Assembly (NCBI GenBank): GCA_001914785.1
Contig: MNDE01000154.1
Coordinates: 44,107 to 108,106 of the forward strand
Origin: Acidobacteria bacterium 13_2_20CM_57_17
GTDB lineage: Bacteria > Acidobacteriota > Terriglobia > Acidiferrales > UBA7541
Direction: 5' to 3'
Length of the DNA stretch: 64,000 bases
A model generated the notes under the pieces. It was not told the DNA's origin and searched no databases. It saw only the letters and a program-made list of their open reading frames with translations. This document shows, piece after piece, positions 47,352 to 57,111 of this stretch. The number at the start of each line of letters is the position of its first letter. The stretch's first letter is position 1. Both the position numbers and the translations under genes were made by a program.

Positions 47352-49625
47352 TCAGGGCACGGGAGCCGGCTGCGCTCGCAGCGACCTCGCGAGTAGAGAC
47401 CTCACACGAGCCGCAAGGCGGCGAGGCTCGACGGGCTTCAGGATGTAGTCATCGACTCCAGCCTCAAGCGCGAGCGCTTCTTTTTCGACGCTGTCTTCTG
47501 AAGTCAACATCAAGACCGCGATCCCGCGCGTCGCGGCCTCAGCGCGAAGTGTCTTGACCATGGACATGCCATCCATGCCCGGCATGTTGTAATCCGTTAC
47601 AATGACGCGCGGTTGATCTCTTCTGGCGGATTCCAGGCCGGAGATTCCATCCTTGGCCAGCAAGACCTCGAAGCCCTCTAGCTCCAGAAAATACTTCACC
47701 ACTGAGGCAATGGTGGTGCTGTCCTCGACAACGAGCACCCGTTCTTTGGTTTGCGCTTCGCCGGGGTTGCCCACTTGACTCCTCGGTAGACTAGGTGCTT
47801 CATCCAAGTCGGACGCTTCCCGCTGTTTGGCTTCTTGGTGCGCTGCGGAGTCGTCACGACGAGCGGGAGAGGAGCCTCTCGTTTCTGGTTTGGTGGCTTC
47901 CTCTTTGTGGGCGGCTGCTTCATCCGAGGCCACGACGCGAACGACGTCTTCTAACGTGGTGAGGCCTTGGGCAGCCTTGAGAATTCCATCTTCAAGAAGC
48001 GTGCGCATCCCTGCGATTCGCGCGGCTTTGCGTACCGCGTGTTCCGACGCACGGCGGGTAATCAACTCCCGCACTTCATCGTTTACGACTAGAAGTTCAT
48101 GAATGGCAATGCGGCCTTTGCTCCCTGACTGCCCGCATTCCTCACAGCCACGACCCGCAAGCCACCTGGCATTGGCCGGCAAGCGGGAGGCTCCTCCCGC
48201 TTTTTCAATCGAGTCCGCGCAGGGAGCCTGAGGAACACAGCAGGAAGGACAAGGCCTGCGCACCAACCGCTGGGCAAGAATGCCGATCACTGCCGATGAA
48301 ATCAGAAAGGGCTCAATTCCCAGGTCCAGCAAGCGGGTGATCGTTCCAGGGGCGTCGTTGGTATGCAGGGTGCTCAGCAACAGGTGGCCGGTCTGGGCCG
48401 CTTCAAGCGCAATGCCGGCGGTTTCCCGATCGCGGATCTCTCCAACCAGAATGATGTTGGGATCTTGCCGCAGAATGGATCGCAGTCCAGCCGCGAAGGT
48501 GACGTCCGCCTTAGTATTGATCTGGACCTGGTTTACTCCTTCCAGTTGATACTCAATGGGATCTTCGACGGTGATGATATTCTTGGCCGGAGACTTGACC
48601 CAATTCAGGGCTGTGTAGAGCGTCGAGGTTTTCCCGCTGCCCGTTGGCCCGGTGACCAGGACCATTCCTTGCGGCCGCGACAACATCAATTGAAACGCGT
48701 GTTTATTTTCGGCGGTTAGCCCCAATTGCTCCATCGTCACCTGCGCGCGCTTATTGTCTAGAAGACGGATCACTACTTTTTCGCCGAATTGTGTCGGGAG
48801 CGTTGAGACGCGAAGGTCAATTCGCTTGCCCTCGTATTTAAGACGGCTCCTACCGTCCTGCGGGCGCCGCCGGTCTGCGATGTCCATTCCCGAAATAATT
48901 TTCATGCGGGAAATAGTGGCATCCATTTGATTTTTGGGAACCTTGATGATCTCGCGCAGGAGTCCGTCCACGCGATAGCGGACTTGCAGGAAATTCTCTT
49001 TCGGCTCCATATGGATGTCGCTGGCGCCGTTCTTTGCCGCTCCGCTCAGGATCAGATTCACCAGACGAACGACCGGCGGCATCTTGGTGTCTTTTGCTAA
49101 TTTTGCTGGGTCGATGACCTCGATTTCTGCATCTCCAACAGTTTCCACTTCGCCTTGGGCATCAGCGCCGCCCAGGGTGTCCAGAGGTGTGGGAACTTCT
49201 TCAGGATAAATCTGCTGGATCAAGGCCCGGATCTGACTATGGCTGGCAACGACGGCCAGAACCCGTTTGCCGCTGCGAAATTCCGCATCCTGGATCGTCG
49301 AATAGTCCATGGGGTCAGCAAGCGCCAACCTGAGGATCTTCCCTTGGAGTCTCAGAGGCGCAACCGTTCGTTTGCGACAAAAATCGGCCGGGAGAAGCGC
49401 TGCCACTTCGGCCTCAACCTCAGGCAATTCCGGACCAAGCGCCTCCAAACGCATACTCGTGGCGATCGCCGCAATCACTCCCTGCTCATCTGCCAATCCC
49501 AATGTTGCTAGAGTCGTGGTCAAAGGAAGCCCGCTCTTCTCCTGAGCCTTTCGAGCGCGGGCGAGTCCGGCAGCGTCGACCACTCCCGAACGCATGAGTA
49601 GATCACCTATTCCTGTTTCCTTCAT
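47352..49625 (-). CDS. GspE/PilB-family secretion ATPase with C-terminal receiver domain
   Basis: MshEN-like N-terminus, ASDIHMEP, GPTGSGKT, ILVGEIRD, TGHLLLSTLHTN, CPSC...CEEC; REC domain (VVEDS, TDYNMP, KP). Confidence 0.93.
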   Translation of the reverse strand: MKETGIGDLLMRSGVVDAAGLARARKAQEKSGLPLTTTLATLGLADEQGVIAAIATSMRLEALGPELPEVEAEVAALLPADFCRKRTVAPLRLQGKILRLALADPMDYSTIQDAEFRSGKRVLAVVASHSQIRALIQQIYPEEVPTPLDTLGGADAQGEVETVGDAEIEVIDPAKLAKDTKMPPVVRLVNLILSGAAKNGASDIHMEPKENFLQVRYRVDGLLREIIKVPKNQMDATISRMKIISGMDIADRRRPQDGRSRLKYEGKRIDLRVSTLPTQFGEKVVIRLLDNKRAQVTMEQLGLTAENKHAFQLMLSRPQGMVLVTGPTGSGKTSTLYTALNWVKSPAKNIITVEDPIEYQLEGVNQVQINTKADVTFAAGLRSILRQDPNIILVGEIRDRETAGIALEAAQTGHLLLSTLHTNDAPGTITRLLDLGIEPFLISSAVIGILAQRLVRRPCPSCCVPQAPCADSIEKAGGASRLPANARWLAGRGCEECGQSGSKGRIAIHELLVVNDEVRELITRRASEHAVRKAARIAGMRTLLEDGILKAAQGLTTLEDVVRVVASDEAAAHKEEATKPETRGSSPARRDDSAAHQEAKQREASDLDEAPSLPRSQVGNPGEAQTKERVLVVEDSTTIASVVKYFLELEGFEVLLAKDGISGLESARRDQPRVIVTDYNMPGMDGMSMVKTLRAEAATRGIAVLMLTSEDSVEKEALALEAGVDDYILKPVEPRRLAARVRSLLARSLRAQPAPVP

Positions 49626-49698
49626 TTGTATGCCATCTAATCGCTTTTAGGGAAACAGAGACCCTATGGTCGAGGGGAGGCCCTTCTGACCGAACAAA

Positions 49699-49837
49699 TC
49701 CAAATGCATGCCATCAACCAACCGACAATCCGGCGACAGCGTGTAACCTATAGAAAACCAACAAGCTACGCCAAAGAAGGATGCCACCCAGTGTGCGGGG
49801 TTTCCCGGTTCGGAACACAAGGGCCACTCTGGAACAT
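49699..49837 (-). promoter_or_regulatory. Possible sigma54 promoter with IHF-like site and upstream repeats
   Basis: TGGCATGCATTTGGA (49713-49699), IHF-like 27-mer at 49743-69, GGAACA repeats at 49812 and 49831. Confidence 0.45.
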
Positions 49838-49909
49838 CCGCCTTAGGACGAGAATCGCGCTTGGGCTTAGGCTTTGAAGATGCGTTAACAGAGTGTGGGA
49901 TATTCAGTA

Positions 49910-51277
49910 TCAGTAAATGATAGGTAGCTTTGAAAAGTCCGAGGCAGTTTCGTCCGTTACCCGGAGGACGACGAGGGTGCGATCGTCGTGCGGGGCAGAA
50001 TCAGCGCCGCTGTGATTGTCGGTTTCAGCGAGGATTCGATCGGCAATCGCGCGAGCGGAATCCTCCGGAGAAATTCCCGAGAGGAGGGCAGACAAACGCT
50101 GCAAGCCGAACTCCTCTTCCGTGGCGTTTGCTGATTCGAGGATGCCGTCGGAAGCAAAAATAATCACGTCACCGGGTTGCAGATCGATGGTGGATTCATC
50201 ATATTCCGTGCCGGGTAGCAGGCCGAGCGGCACACCTTCCAGTCGAATCGAAATCACATGGCCATCGCGGACAAGGAGCGGATAAGGTCCACCGGCGTTG
50301 GAGAGCGTAAGCCGCCGAGTGGACGCGTCGTAAATGGCAAAGAGCATGGCGATAAAACGCGAATCCAGCCGCGCGGCGTGCAACCGTTGATTCAGAAGGG
50401 CCAGCATGGACGCCGGTTCACAAGCATGGTCGACGACAATTTCGCGAACGGTGCCGATGGCCAGAGAGCCGTACAACGCCGCAGCCGTGCCTTTACCCGA
50501 GACATCGCCCAGAGCCAAGGCTAGGCGGCCTTCGCCATACGGAAGAAAATCGTAAAAGTCTCCGCCCAACTCCCGCGCAGGAACATACCCCGCCGCCAAA
50601 TCGAGACCCGGCACTTCACGTGCGCCCGTAGGAAGAAGTTGCCGCTGGATTTCCCTCGCGGTGTCCAGTTCGCTGCGGAGCCGGCGTTCGCTTTCCCGGG
50701 CCTCCTGATAGAGCCGGGCGTTTTCGAGGGCCACGGCGACATATGAGCCAAGTGTCGAAAGCATCCGTTCGTGCTGCATGGTGAAGGCGTGAGGCTCGCA
50801 GCTTTCGAGATCGAGGACTCCGATGAGACGGTCGCGCAACAGAAGCGGCACGACAAGCTCCGAGCGAGCGACGAGACCGCCATCACAGTGGAGGTAACGC
50901 GGATCTTCCGTAACGTCATTGACCCGTAGAACGCGGCGCTCGCCTGCAGCCGATCCGGTGAGCCCTTTGTGCAGCGGGACGCGCGTGCGTGCGGCAATGG
51001 AATCGCCGCAGCACATGGCAAAAACGCTTTCCAGATGCTGAGACTGCTCGTTCCAGAGCATAACGCTGAAAACGTCATACTTCACGATCTTCTTGATGCG
51101 CTCGGCGACGCGGCGAAGAAGTTCTTCGCGGTCGAGGATGGAGGTTACTTCGCGGCTGACGTCGTAGAGCAGAGCGAGCGTATTGGCCTGATCCGGATGA
51201 GAAAGGAACAGGCTCTGCGGGACAGGGTCCGCGTCACCCAACAGCGCAAAGGAGCCGATTTTTGAAAGGTCTTCCAT
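49910..51277 (-). CDS. GAF plus SpoIIE/RsbU-type PP2C phosphatase
   Basis: RSELVVPL (GAF), GGDFYD, GDVSGKG, ASDGILE, DDRT. Confidence 0.95.
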   Translation of the reverse strand: MEDLSKIGSFALLGDADPVPQSLFLSHPDQANTLALLYDVSREVTSILDREELLRRVAERIKKIVKYDVFSVMLWNEQSQHLESVFAMCCGDSIAARTRVPLHKGLTGSAAGERRVLRVNDVTEDPRYLHCDGGLVARSELVVPLLLRDRLIGVLDLESCEPHAFTMQHERMLSTLGSYVAVALENARLYQEARESERRLRSELDTAREIQRQLLPTGAREVPGLDLAAGYVPARELGGDFYDFLPYGEGRLALALGDVSGKGTAAALYGSLAIGTVREIVVDHACEPASMLALLNQRLHAARLDSRFIAMLFAIYDASTRRLTLSNAGGPYPLLVRDGHVISIRLEGVPLGLLPGTEYDESTIDLQPGDVIIFASDGILESANATEEEFGLQRLSALLSGISPEDSARAIADRILAETDNHSGADSAPHDDRTLVVLRVTDETASDFSKLPIIY

Positions 51278-51441
51278 GGAGCGTTCGAAGGCTAGCCTTC
51301 ATTGGATGTAGCAAATCCGCGGAGGTTTCACAATTGAATTCTTAGGGATGGCTGGAAAGGCCAAGGAATGGCATGACCACAATGGCCACGGCGCTTTCGG
51401 ATGTATCAGGGAAAAAGGCGGCCTTCGCAGTGAACCAACGA

Positions 51442-52473
51442 CTACTTTACTTCCCAGGTGTCGCCGGCCCGCAAAAGCTTCCCAAGGTCGCCGGGGCCGC
51501 GCTTGGCGATGACGTCCTTGATCTGCTGGTTCATGACGTCTTCGTATCGAGGAAGATCATCCCAGGCTCTGAAAACGCCGATCGGCGTGGGGAAGCCCGG
51601 CCGGTGCTCCATATGCGAGAGTAGGAAGGCGTAGGAAGGACGCGGGTGGTGTGCGTCGTGCACCGCGAGATCGCTCTCCGTAATGCCGTTGCCGAGCTGG
51701 ACGACTTCAATGTCACCATCCGGCTTCCGGCGGATTCCCTTGTCGCGGTTCTTGCCGAAAACGAGGGGCTTACCATGTTCGAGCTGAATCACGTGTTCGC
51801 TGCGCGCATCGCGCTCGGTCAGGGAGAACCACGCTCCATCATTGAAAATGTTGCAGTTCTGAAGAATCTCCACAAACGCGGAACCTTTGTGCGCCGCAGC
51901 GTGCTTCAAGGTTTCTTTCAGGTGCCCCTGGAAAACATCCACGGAGCGCGCCACAAACGTCGCTTCCGAACCAATCGCCAGCGACATCGGATTGAAGGGC
52001 CGGTCCACGGACCCGAACGGCGTCGATTTCGTCTTCTTGTTGAATTCAGAGGTCGGCGAATACTGGCCTTTCGTCAAACCGTAAATCTTATTATTGAAAA
52101 GGAGAACCTTGATGCCGACATTGCGCCGCAGCATGTGAATCGTGTGATTTCCGCCGATGGAAAGCGCGTCCCCGTCGCCGGTAGCTACCCAAACTTCCAA
52201 GTCCGGCCGAATCGCCTTAATGCCGGTGGCCACTGCGGGCGCGCGGCCATGAATCGTGTGGAAGCCAAAAGTGTTCATGTAATACGGGAAACGGCTGGAG
52301 CAGCCGATGCCGGAAACGACCACGAAGTTCTCGCGCTTGATGCCCAGCTCCGGAAAAACGGATTGCACGGCAGAGAGAATCGCGTAGTCCCCGCAGCCGG
52401 GGCACCAGCGTACTTCCTGGTCAGTTTGAAAGTCCTTTTTCGTGAGAGGCGGTGGCAGAGTCGCTGTTCCCAT
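51442..52473 (-). CDS. korB: 2-oxoacid:ferredoxin oxidoreductase beta subunit
   Basis: WCPGCGD, SGIGCSSR, GDGD, NNKIYGLTKGQYSPT. Confidence 0.95.
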   Translation of the reverse strand: MGTATLPPPLTKKDFQTDQEVRWCPGCGDYAILSAVQSVFPELGIKRENFVVVSGIGCSSRFPYYMNTFGFHTIHGRAPAVATGIKAIRPDLEVWVATGDGDALSIGGNHTIHMLRRNVGIKVLLFNNKIYGLTKGQYSPTSEFNKKTKSTPFGSVDRPFNPMSLAIGSEATFVARSVDVFQGHLKETLKHAAAHKGSAFVEILQNCNIFNDGAWFSLTERDARSEHVIQLEHGKPLVFGKNRDKGIRRKPDGDIEVVQLGNGITESDLAVHDAHHPRPSYAFLLSHMEHRPGFPTPIGVFRAWDDLPRYEDVMNQQIKDVIAKRGPGDLGKLLRAGDTWEVK

Positions 52474-52484
52474 GGTGGATTCTC

Positions 52485-54344
52485 CTAGAGTCCCAACATC
52501 TCTTCGATTTTTTGTTCCAGCTCGGCTTGCTTAAACGGGCGGCCCTGAATCTTGTTGAGGCCGATGGCATCCACCAGATACTTCGCGCGCAGCACCCACA
52601 AGAGCTGGCCCATGTTCAATTCCGGCACGAGCACTTTCTTATAGCGCTTTAAAATGTCGCCCAAATTTGACGGGAGCGGATTGAGGTGCCGCAGGTGAAG
52701 ATGGCCGATCCTGCGCCCCTTGGCGCGCTGCGCCTTCAAGGCCGCGGTAATCGAGCCGCAAGTCGAGCCCCATGCCACGATCAGCAAATCGCCTTCCGGA
52801 TCGCCCGCGGGAAGCAAATTGGGAATGTCCTGCGCGACCGCCGCGACCTTGGCTGCTCGAACGCGCACCATATTCTCGTGGTTCAGCGGCTCGTAGTTGA
52901 TGTTCCCCGTCGGATCCTGTTTCTCAAGTCCGCCGATGCGATGTTCGAGGCCGGGAGTTCCCGGCACCGCCCATGGGCGAGCCAGAGTCTCCGGGTCGCG
53001 CTTGTAAGGCAGGAAGCTGGCCGGGTCGGTCGCAAATTTTACCGGGAAATCCGGGATGTCTTTCAGCTCCGGTATTCGCCACGGTTCCGCTCCGTTTGCC
53101 AGGTAGCCGTCCGAGAGAATGATTACCGGCACCATGTACTTGACGGCAATGCGGCAGGCTTCGATGGCTACCCAGAAGCAATCCGCAGGCGTCGCCGCAG
53201 CCAGAACTGGAATCGGTGCTTCCGAGTTGCGGCCGAAGAGCGCCTGCAGCAGGTCTGCTTGTTCGGTCTTGGTCGGAAGGCCGGTGGATGGTCCGCCGCG
53301 CTGGATGTCGCATATAACAAGCGGGATCTCCACGGCAACGGCCAAGCCCAGCGCTTCCGTTTTCAAAGCCATTCCGGGGCCAGACGTCGTCGTGATGGCC
53401 AGCGCCCCCGCGTACGCCGCGCCGATCGCCGACGTGATGGCGGCGATCTCGTCTTCCGCCTGAAAGGTCATAACGCCAAAGTCTTTGTACTGCGAGAGTT
53501 CATGCAGAATGTCCGAAGCTGGCGTAATGGGGTAACTGCCTTGGAAAAGCCTTAGCCCGGATTTCTGCGCCGCCGTAACAAATCCCAGTGCGAGCGCCTG
53601 ATTGCCGCTCATGCTCCGGTAGAGTCCCGGCGTAAGCTGCGCCGGCGGAATCTCATAGCTGATCTGAAATGCTTCCGTGGCCTCGCAGTACGAATAGCCG
53701 CCCTTCAACGCGAGTTTGTTCGCTTCCACCAGAAGCGGCTTGTTCTTGAACTTGTCCTCGATCCACCGGACGGTCGGATCCATCGAGCGGTTGTAGAGCC
53801 AATAGCACATGCCCAGCGCGAAGAAGTTCTTGCAGCGGTCCATGGACTTGGCATCGAGTCCCAGATGTTCGAGGGAGCGCCGTGTCAGCCGTTCGAGTTC
53901 CACCGAAAACAGCCGGAACTTGTCGAGGGAATGATCTTCCAGCGGATTCGAGGTCATTTGCGCTTTGCGCAGGTCGCCTTCTTTGAAGCTATCGCTGTTG
54001 ACGATCAGGATCCCGTTGGCTTTGAGGTCGGCAATGTTCACTTTTAATGCCGCCGGATTCATGGCAATCAGCACGTCGATGGCGTCGCCGGGCGTATAAA
54101 CCTCATTGGAAGAGAAGTGCAACTGAAAACCGCTGACGCCGGGAATCGTTCCGGCAGGGGCGCGAATTTCGGCGGGGTAGTCCGGAAACGTAGCAATATC
54201 ATTGCCGTAGAGGGCGGCGGTATTCGTGAACTGGTTGCCGGTGATCTGCATGCCGTCACCGGAGTCTCCCGCGAAGCGGATGACCGCCTGATCCAGAACT
54301 TCGCGCTTGTTTTTTACTGGTGGAACCTCTGCAAGCGTAGACAT
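52485..54344 (-). CDS. korA: 2-oxoacid:ferredoxin oxidoreductase alpha subunit (gamma-alpha fusion)
   Basis: AGDSGDG, YPAEIR, YPITPAS, QAEDEIAA, QRGGPSTGLPT. Confidence 0.95.
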   Translation of the reverse strand: MSTLAEVPPVKNKREVLDQAVIRFAGDSGDGMQITGNQFTNTAALYGNDIATFPDYPAEIRAPAGTIPGVSGFQLHFSSNEVYTPGDAIDVLIAMNPAALKVNIADLKANGILIVNSDSFKEGDLRKAQMTSNPLEDHSLDKFRLFSVELERLTRRSLEHLGLDAKSMDRCKNFFALGMCYWLYNRSMDPTVRWIEDKFKNKPLLVEANKLALKGGYSYCEATEAFQISYEIPPAQLTPGLYRSMSGNQALALGFVTAAQKSGLRLFQGSYPITPASDILHELSQYKDFGVMTFQAEDEIAAITSAIGAAYAGALAITTTSGPGMALKTEALGLAVAVEIPLVICDIQRGGPSTGLPTKTEQADLLQALFGRNSEAPIPVLAAATPADCFWVAIEACRIAVKYMVPVIILSDGYLANGAEPWRIPELKDIPDFPVKFATDPASFLPYKRDPETLARPWAVPGTPGLEHRIGGLEKQDPTGNINYEPLNHENMVRVRAAKVAAVAQDIPNLLPAGDPEGDLLIVAWGSTCGSITAALKAQRAKGRRIGHLHLRHLNPLPSNLGDILKRYKKVLVPELNMGQLLWVLRAKYLVDAIGLNKIQGRPFKQAELEQKIEEMLGL

Positions 54345-54641
54345 TCTTGTCCGAACCTCCGCACTTCGATGAACTCCCTTGTCCCCCGGGAGTGTGGCTC
54401 ATTCACAAGGATGAGGCGGTGCGGTAAAAGGATGGTCTCTAAGGCAGCCCGCCAGGAGCCGACACCCAAAGGATATCACACCGGCCTGCGTGCGGCGGAG
54501 AGAGTGCCCGCCGCAACGGGATGTGCCTTATCCAGAAAGGGATGCGGTATGCGCCTTGGCTTTATCGAGGGTCCGGAGAAACAGTTGAGATTGAAGAAGG
54601 TCTACGGAAATGAGCTTCGCTGGGGCACTCCAGCCTACTGG

Positions 54642-55780
54642 TTATTGGTCCATATGGTTGATGAGCGCTTTCGCTTCTTCCAGGCCGTTCTGTAAATCTG
54701 CCGTCGTCTTGACAGTGAGTAGCTCAGCGCCGATTCGGACCAAAGTATCCGCGATCCCTAACGAAATGCCGGCAAGGATGACGTGCGCTCCCAGGAGGCG
54801 GACCGCGTCCACAGTGCGCAGCAAACCATCGGCAGTTTCCGGGTCAATCTTCGGGACTCCCGTCAAATCAATCACCACGGCCTTGGCACGTTGCGCGCGG
54901 ATGTCATTTAGCAGTTGGCTGCGCAATTGCATCGCGCGCCGCGCGTCCACCAGGCCGATCAGCGGTACAACGAGCAGTCCTTCCTGCGCCTGCAGGACCG
55001 GCGTAGACAATTCCTCGATGGCCGCTTCCAATCTGCGCCTCTCCGTAATATCCATGATCGTCGCAAACAGGCAAGGATTGCCGGTGAACTCGATTAAGTC
55101 AGCGGAGAGTTGCACTGTCCGTATCTGGCCCGACTTGGTCCGCATTGTGGTCTCCACTTCCCGGACTGGATGCCCAGCGGATAATTCGGAGACGATGCGC
55201 GTACGCACGTCCGGTTCCACCCAAATCCCCAGGTCGATTGACGTTTGACCGATTAATTCTTTGGCGCTGTAGCCTGTCAACCTGCAAAAGGATGCGTTCA
55301 CCTCAAGATAGCGCCCGTCTTCCAACGTGCTGAGCATAATCGGATAGGGGTTGACACGAAACAGCTTCTCGAACGTGGAGCCCATGGCCCACTTGCGCTC
55401 CGTCAAATCGCGCGTGACTTTTCCAAAGCCGCACAGCCGTCCCTGCTCATCTTTAATCGCAGTGATGATCACGTTGGCCCAAAAACGCGTGCCGTCCTTC
55501 CGCACACGCCAGCCTTCCGCTTCGAACCGCCCCTCGGCAGACGCGATGCGCAGTCGTTCGCGGGCTTTCCCTGCTCCATTTCCTCCGGAGTGTAAAAAAT
55601 CGAGAAGTGCCGGCCCCGAACCTCTTCCGCCTTGTACCCTTTAATGAGTTCAGCTCCCTGGTTCCACGTCGTAACATTCCCTTCGACATCGAGCATGAAA
55701 ATTGCGTAGTCCTTTACGCTCTCCACCAGCAATTGGAGCTGATCTTCGATTCTCCACGAAAGTTGAGTTCCCTGATTCAC
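54642..55780 (-). pseudogene. PAS-PAS-STAS (RsbR-like) protein with a single-base frameshift
   Basis: PAS N-half (DYAIFMLD...WNQGAE...FYTPEE) and C-half (EGRFEAEGWRVRKDGTRFWANV) are in different frames, switching near 55554; STAS domain ELSTPVL...IDLTGV. Confidence 0.8.
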
Positions 55781-55921
55781 GGTATCCGTAACCTCGGTCG
55801 CAGAATAAAAAAATTTGACAGCGGAGGCCGATTGATTGGCCTCCGGGCAATTCCCAAGGGAAACTCTCAGTCGAGAGCCGGAAAATGAGTTCAAGCAGCG
55901 ATGATGCGTGACTGGGGATGA

Positions 55922-56824
55922 TTACAAGAGATAAGTGGCTCCGTATTCGATCAAACCCTTGCCAGCGCCCTTGCGCGAACTAACGATCCTGGCAGGCGCG
56001 TAGATATTCGGGGCTCTGGAAGTGTAGGGCACCGCCATTTCCACCTGCGATCCTTCGGGATAATTGCTGGCGCTAAAGAAGCTGAGGCCCCCGCGCGCCA
56101 AGTCTCTAACGAGCACAACTTCGCTTCCAAGAGTGGGATGCCGAACACAACCAACCGCCTCGACTCGGACGCGCTCGTGGGAGCGCTGATTCTGCGTTCC
56201 AGGGGCCAAGAGGTGGCGTGACGCGGGGTGAAGACTATCTTGCTCATCCAGAGTCCCTGGCGCCGGGGAAGTATGACTGTATGGCCGAGTCCAGGTAGTC
56301 CATCCACCGCAATGCTGGCAGATGCGGGAGATGCAGTGGTGGTGAAGGAAAAGATCGGCCTCAAATTCGCTAAGGTAGGACACCGCCAGCCGGCCACAGG
56401 CGATACATCGGAGCAACGCCCGGAGCACAGCCTTCTCTGCGTCAGCCAGCGAGGGAAAAGAAATGTCCCACAGATTAACTTCGGGATCGAGCAAAACCAG
56501 CCCGAACAGATTTCCCCCCGAACCGCCTGGAATGCGGCCTACGACACGGGCCATCGCCTCCTTGCCAACTCCAACTCGCTGGATCTTTACGGCCTGGCCG
56601 GGGGACAGTTCCCGTTCCACCATGATAGCGGCGCCTTGCCGGCTAACGTCTACCGTTTGCGCCTCCTCCACGAAATCAGCGCCTTGTTTTCCGGCACCAG
56701 AAATGCGAACAGGCAAAGTCAGAAAAACACGTTCGGTAAGGCGGTGATTTTTGTCCAGAACAGGAGGAGCATGACCCTGCGCAACAGCGCTCGTGCTGGA
56801 TTCGTTGCCGAGATGGTTCGCCAT
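55922..56824 (-). CDS. Tandem PilZ-domain protein with central Cys cluster
   Basis: RLTER...DVSRQG and RSHER...DLARGG; CIAC...CQHC between them. Confidence 0.85.
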   Translation of the reverse strand: MANHLGNESSTSAVAQGHAPPVLDKNHRLTERVFLTLPVRISGAGKQGADFVEEAQTVDVSRQGAAIMVERELSPGQAVKIQRVGVGKEAMARVVGRIPGGSGGNLFGLVLLDPEVNLWDISFPSLADAEKAVLRALLRCIACGRLAVSYLSEFEADLFLHHHCISRICQHCGGWTTWTRPYSHTSPAPGTLDEQDSLHPASRHLLAPGTQNQRSHERVRVEAVGCVRHPTLGSEVVLVRDLARGGLSFFSASNYPEGSQVEMAVPYTSRAPNIYAPARIVSSRKGAGKGLIEYGATYLL

Positions 56825-57047
56825 GTGGCACCACCGCTGATACAAGAACTCAACAGGTTTCCGCTTCTCAATCTCGGCGGAACAGGTCCATCCGAGAGCC
56901 ACGGGCATAGCAACGCGGGCTGGACTGCCAGTACAGTTTCATGAGATTCATGCACATGACAATCAGGTGAAAGAAGGATTTAGGAGAGGGTAATTCCACC
57001 TACACAGTGACCTGAGTCAGTCCAATCGTTGAAGGTAAAATTTAAGC

Positions 57048-57076
57048 TTGACGTTCGCTTTCTTTTCGCCTAAAGT
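57048..57076 (+). promoter_or_regulatory. lexA promoter with putative LexA box
   Basis: TTGACG (57048-53), GTTCGC-TTTCTT-TTCGCC (57053-70), TAAAGT (57071-76). Confidence 0.85.
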
Positions 57077-57111
57077 GCCTGTGGAAAACATTTGCAATCG
57101 GAGGCGCGCAC

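Noticed and set aside
55822-55845. CGGAGGCC/GGCCTCCG hairpin as a c-di-GMP riboswitch near the PilZ gene
   Set aside because: Lacks the conserved aptamer motifs; more simply a terminator-like hairpin after the PilZ gene.
46337-57000. Prophage or integrative island around the signalling genes
   Set aside because: No integrase, att repeats or tRNA target, and core korAB genes lie in the middle.
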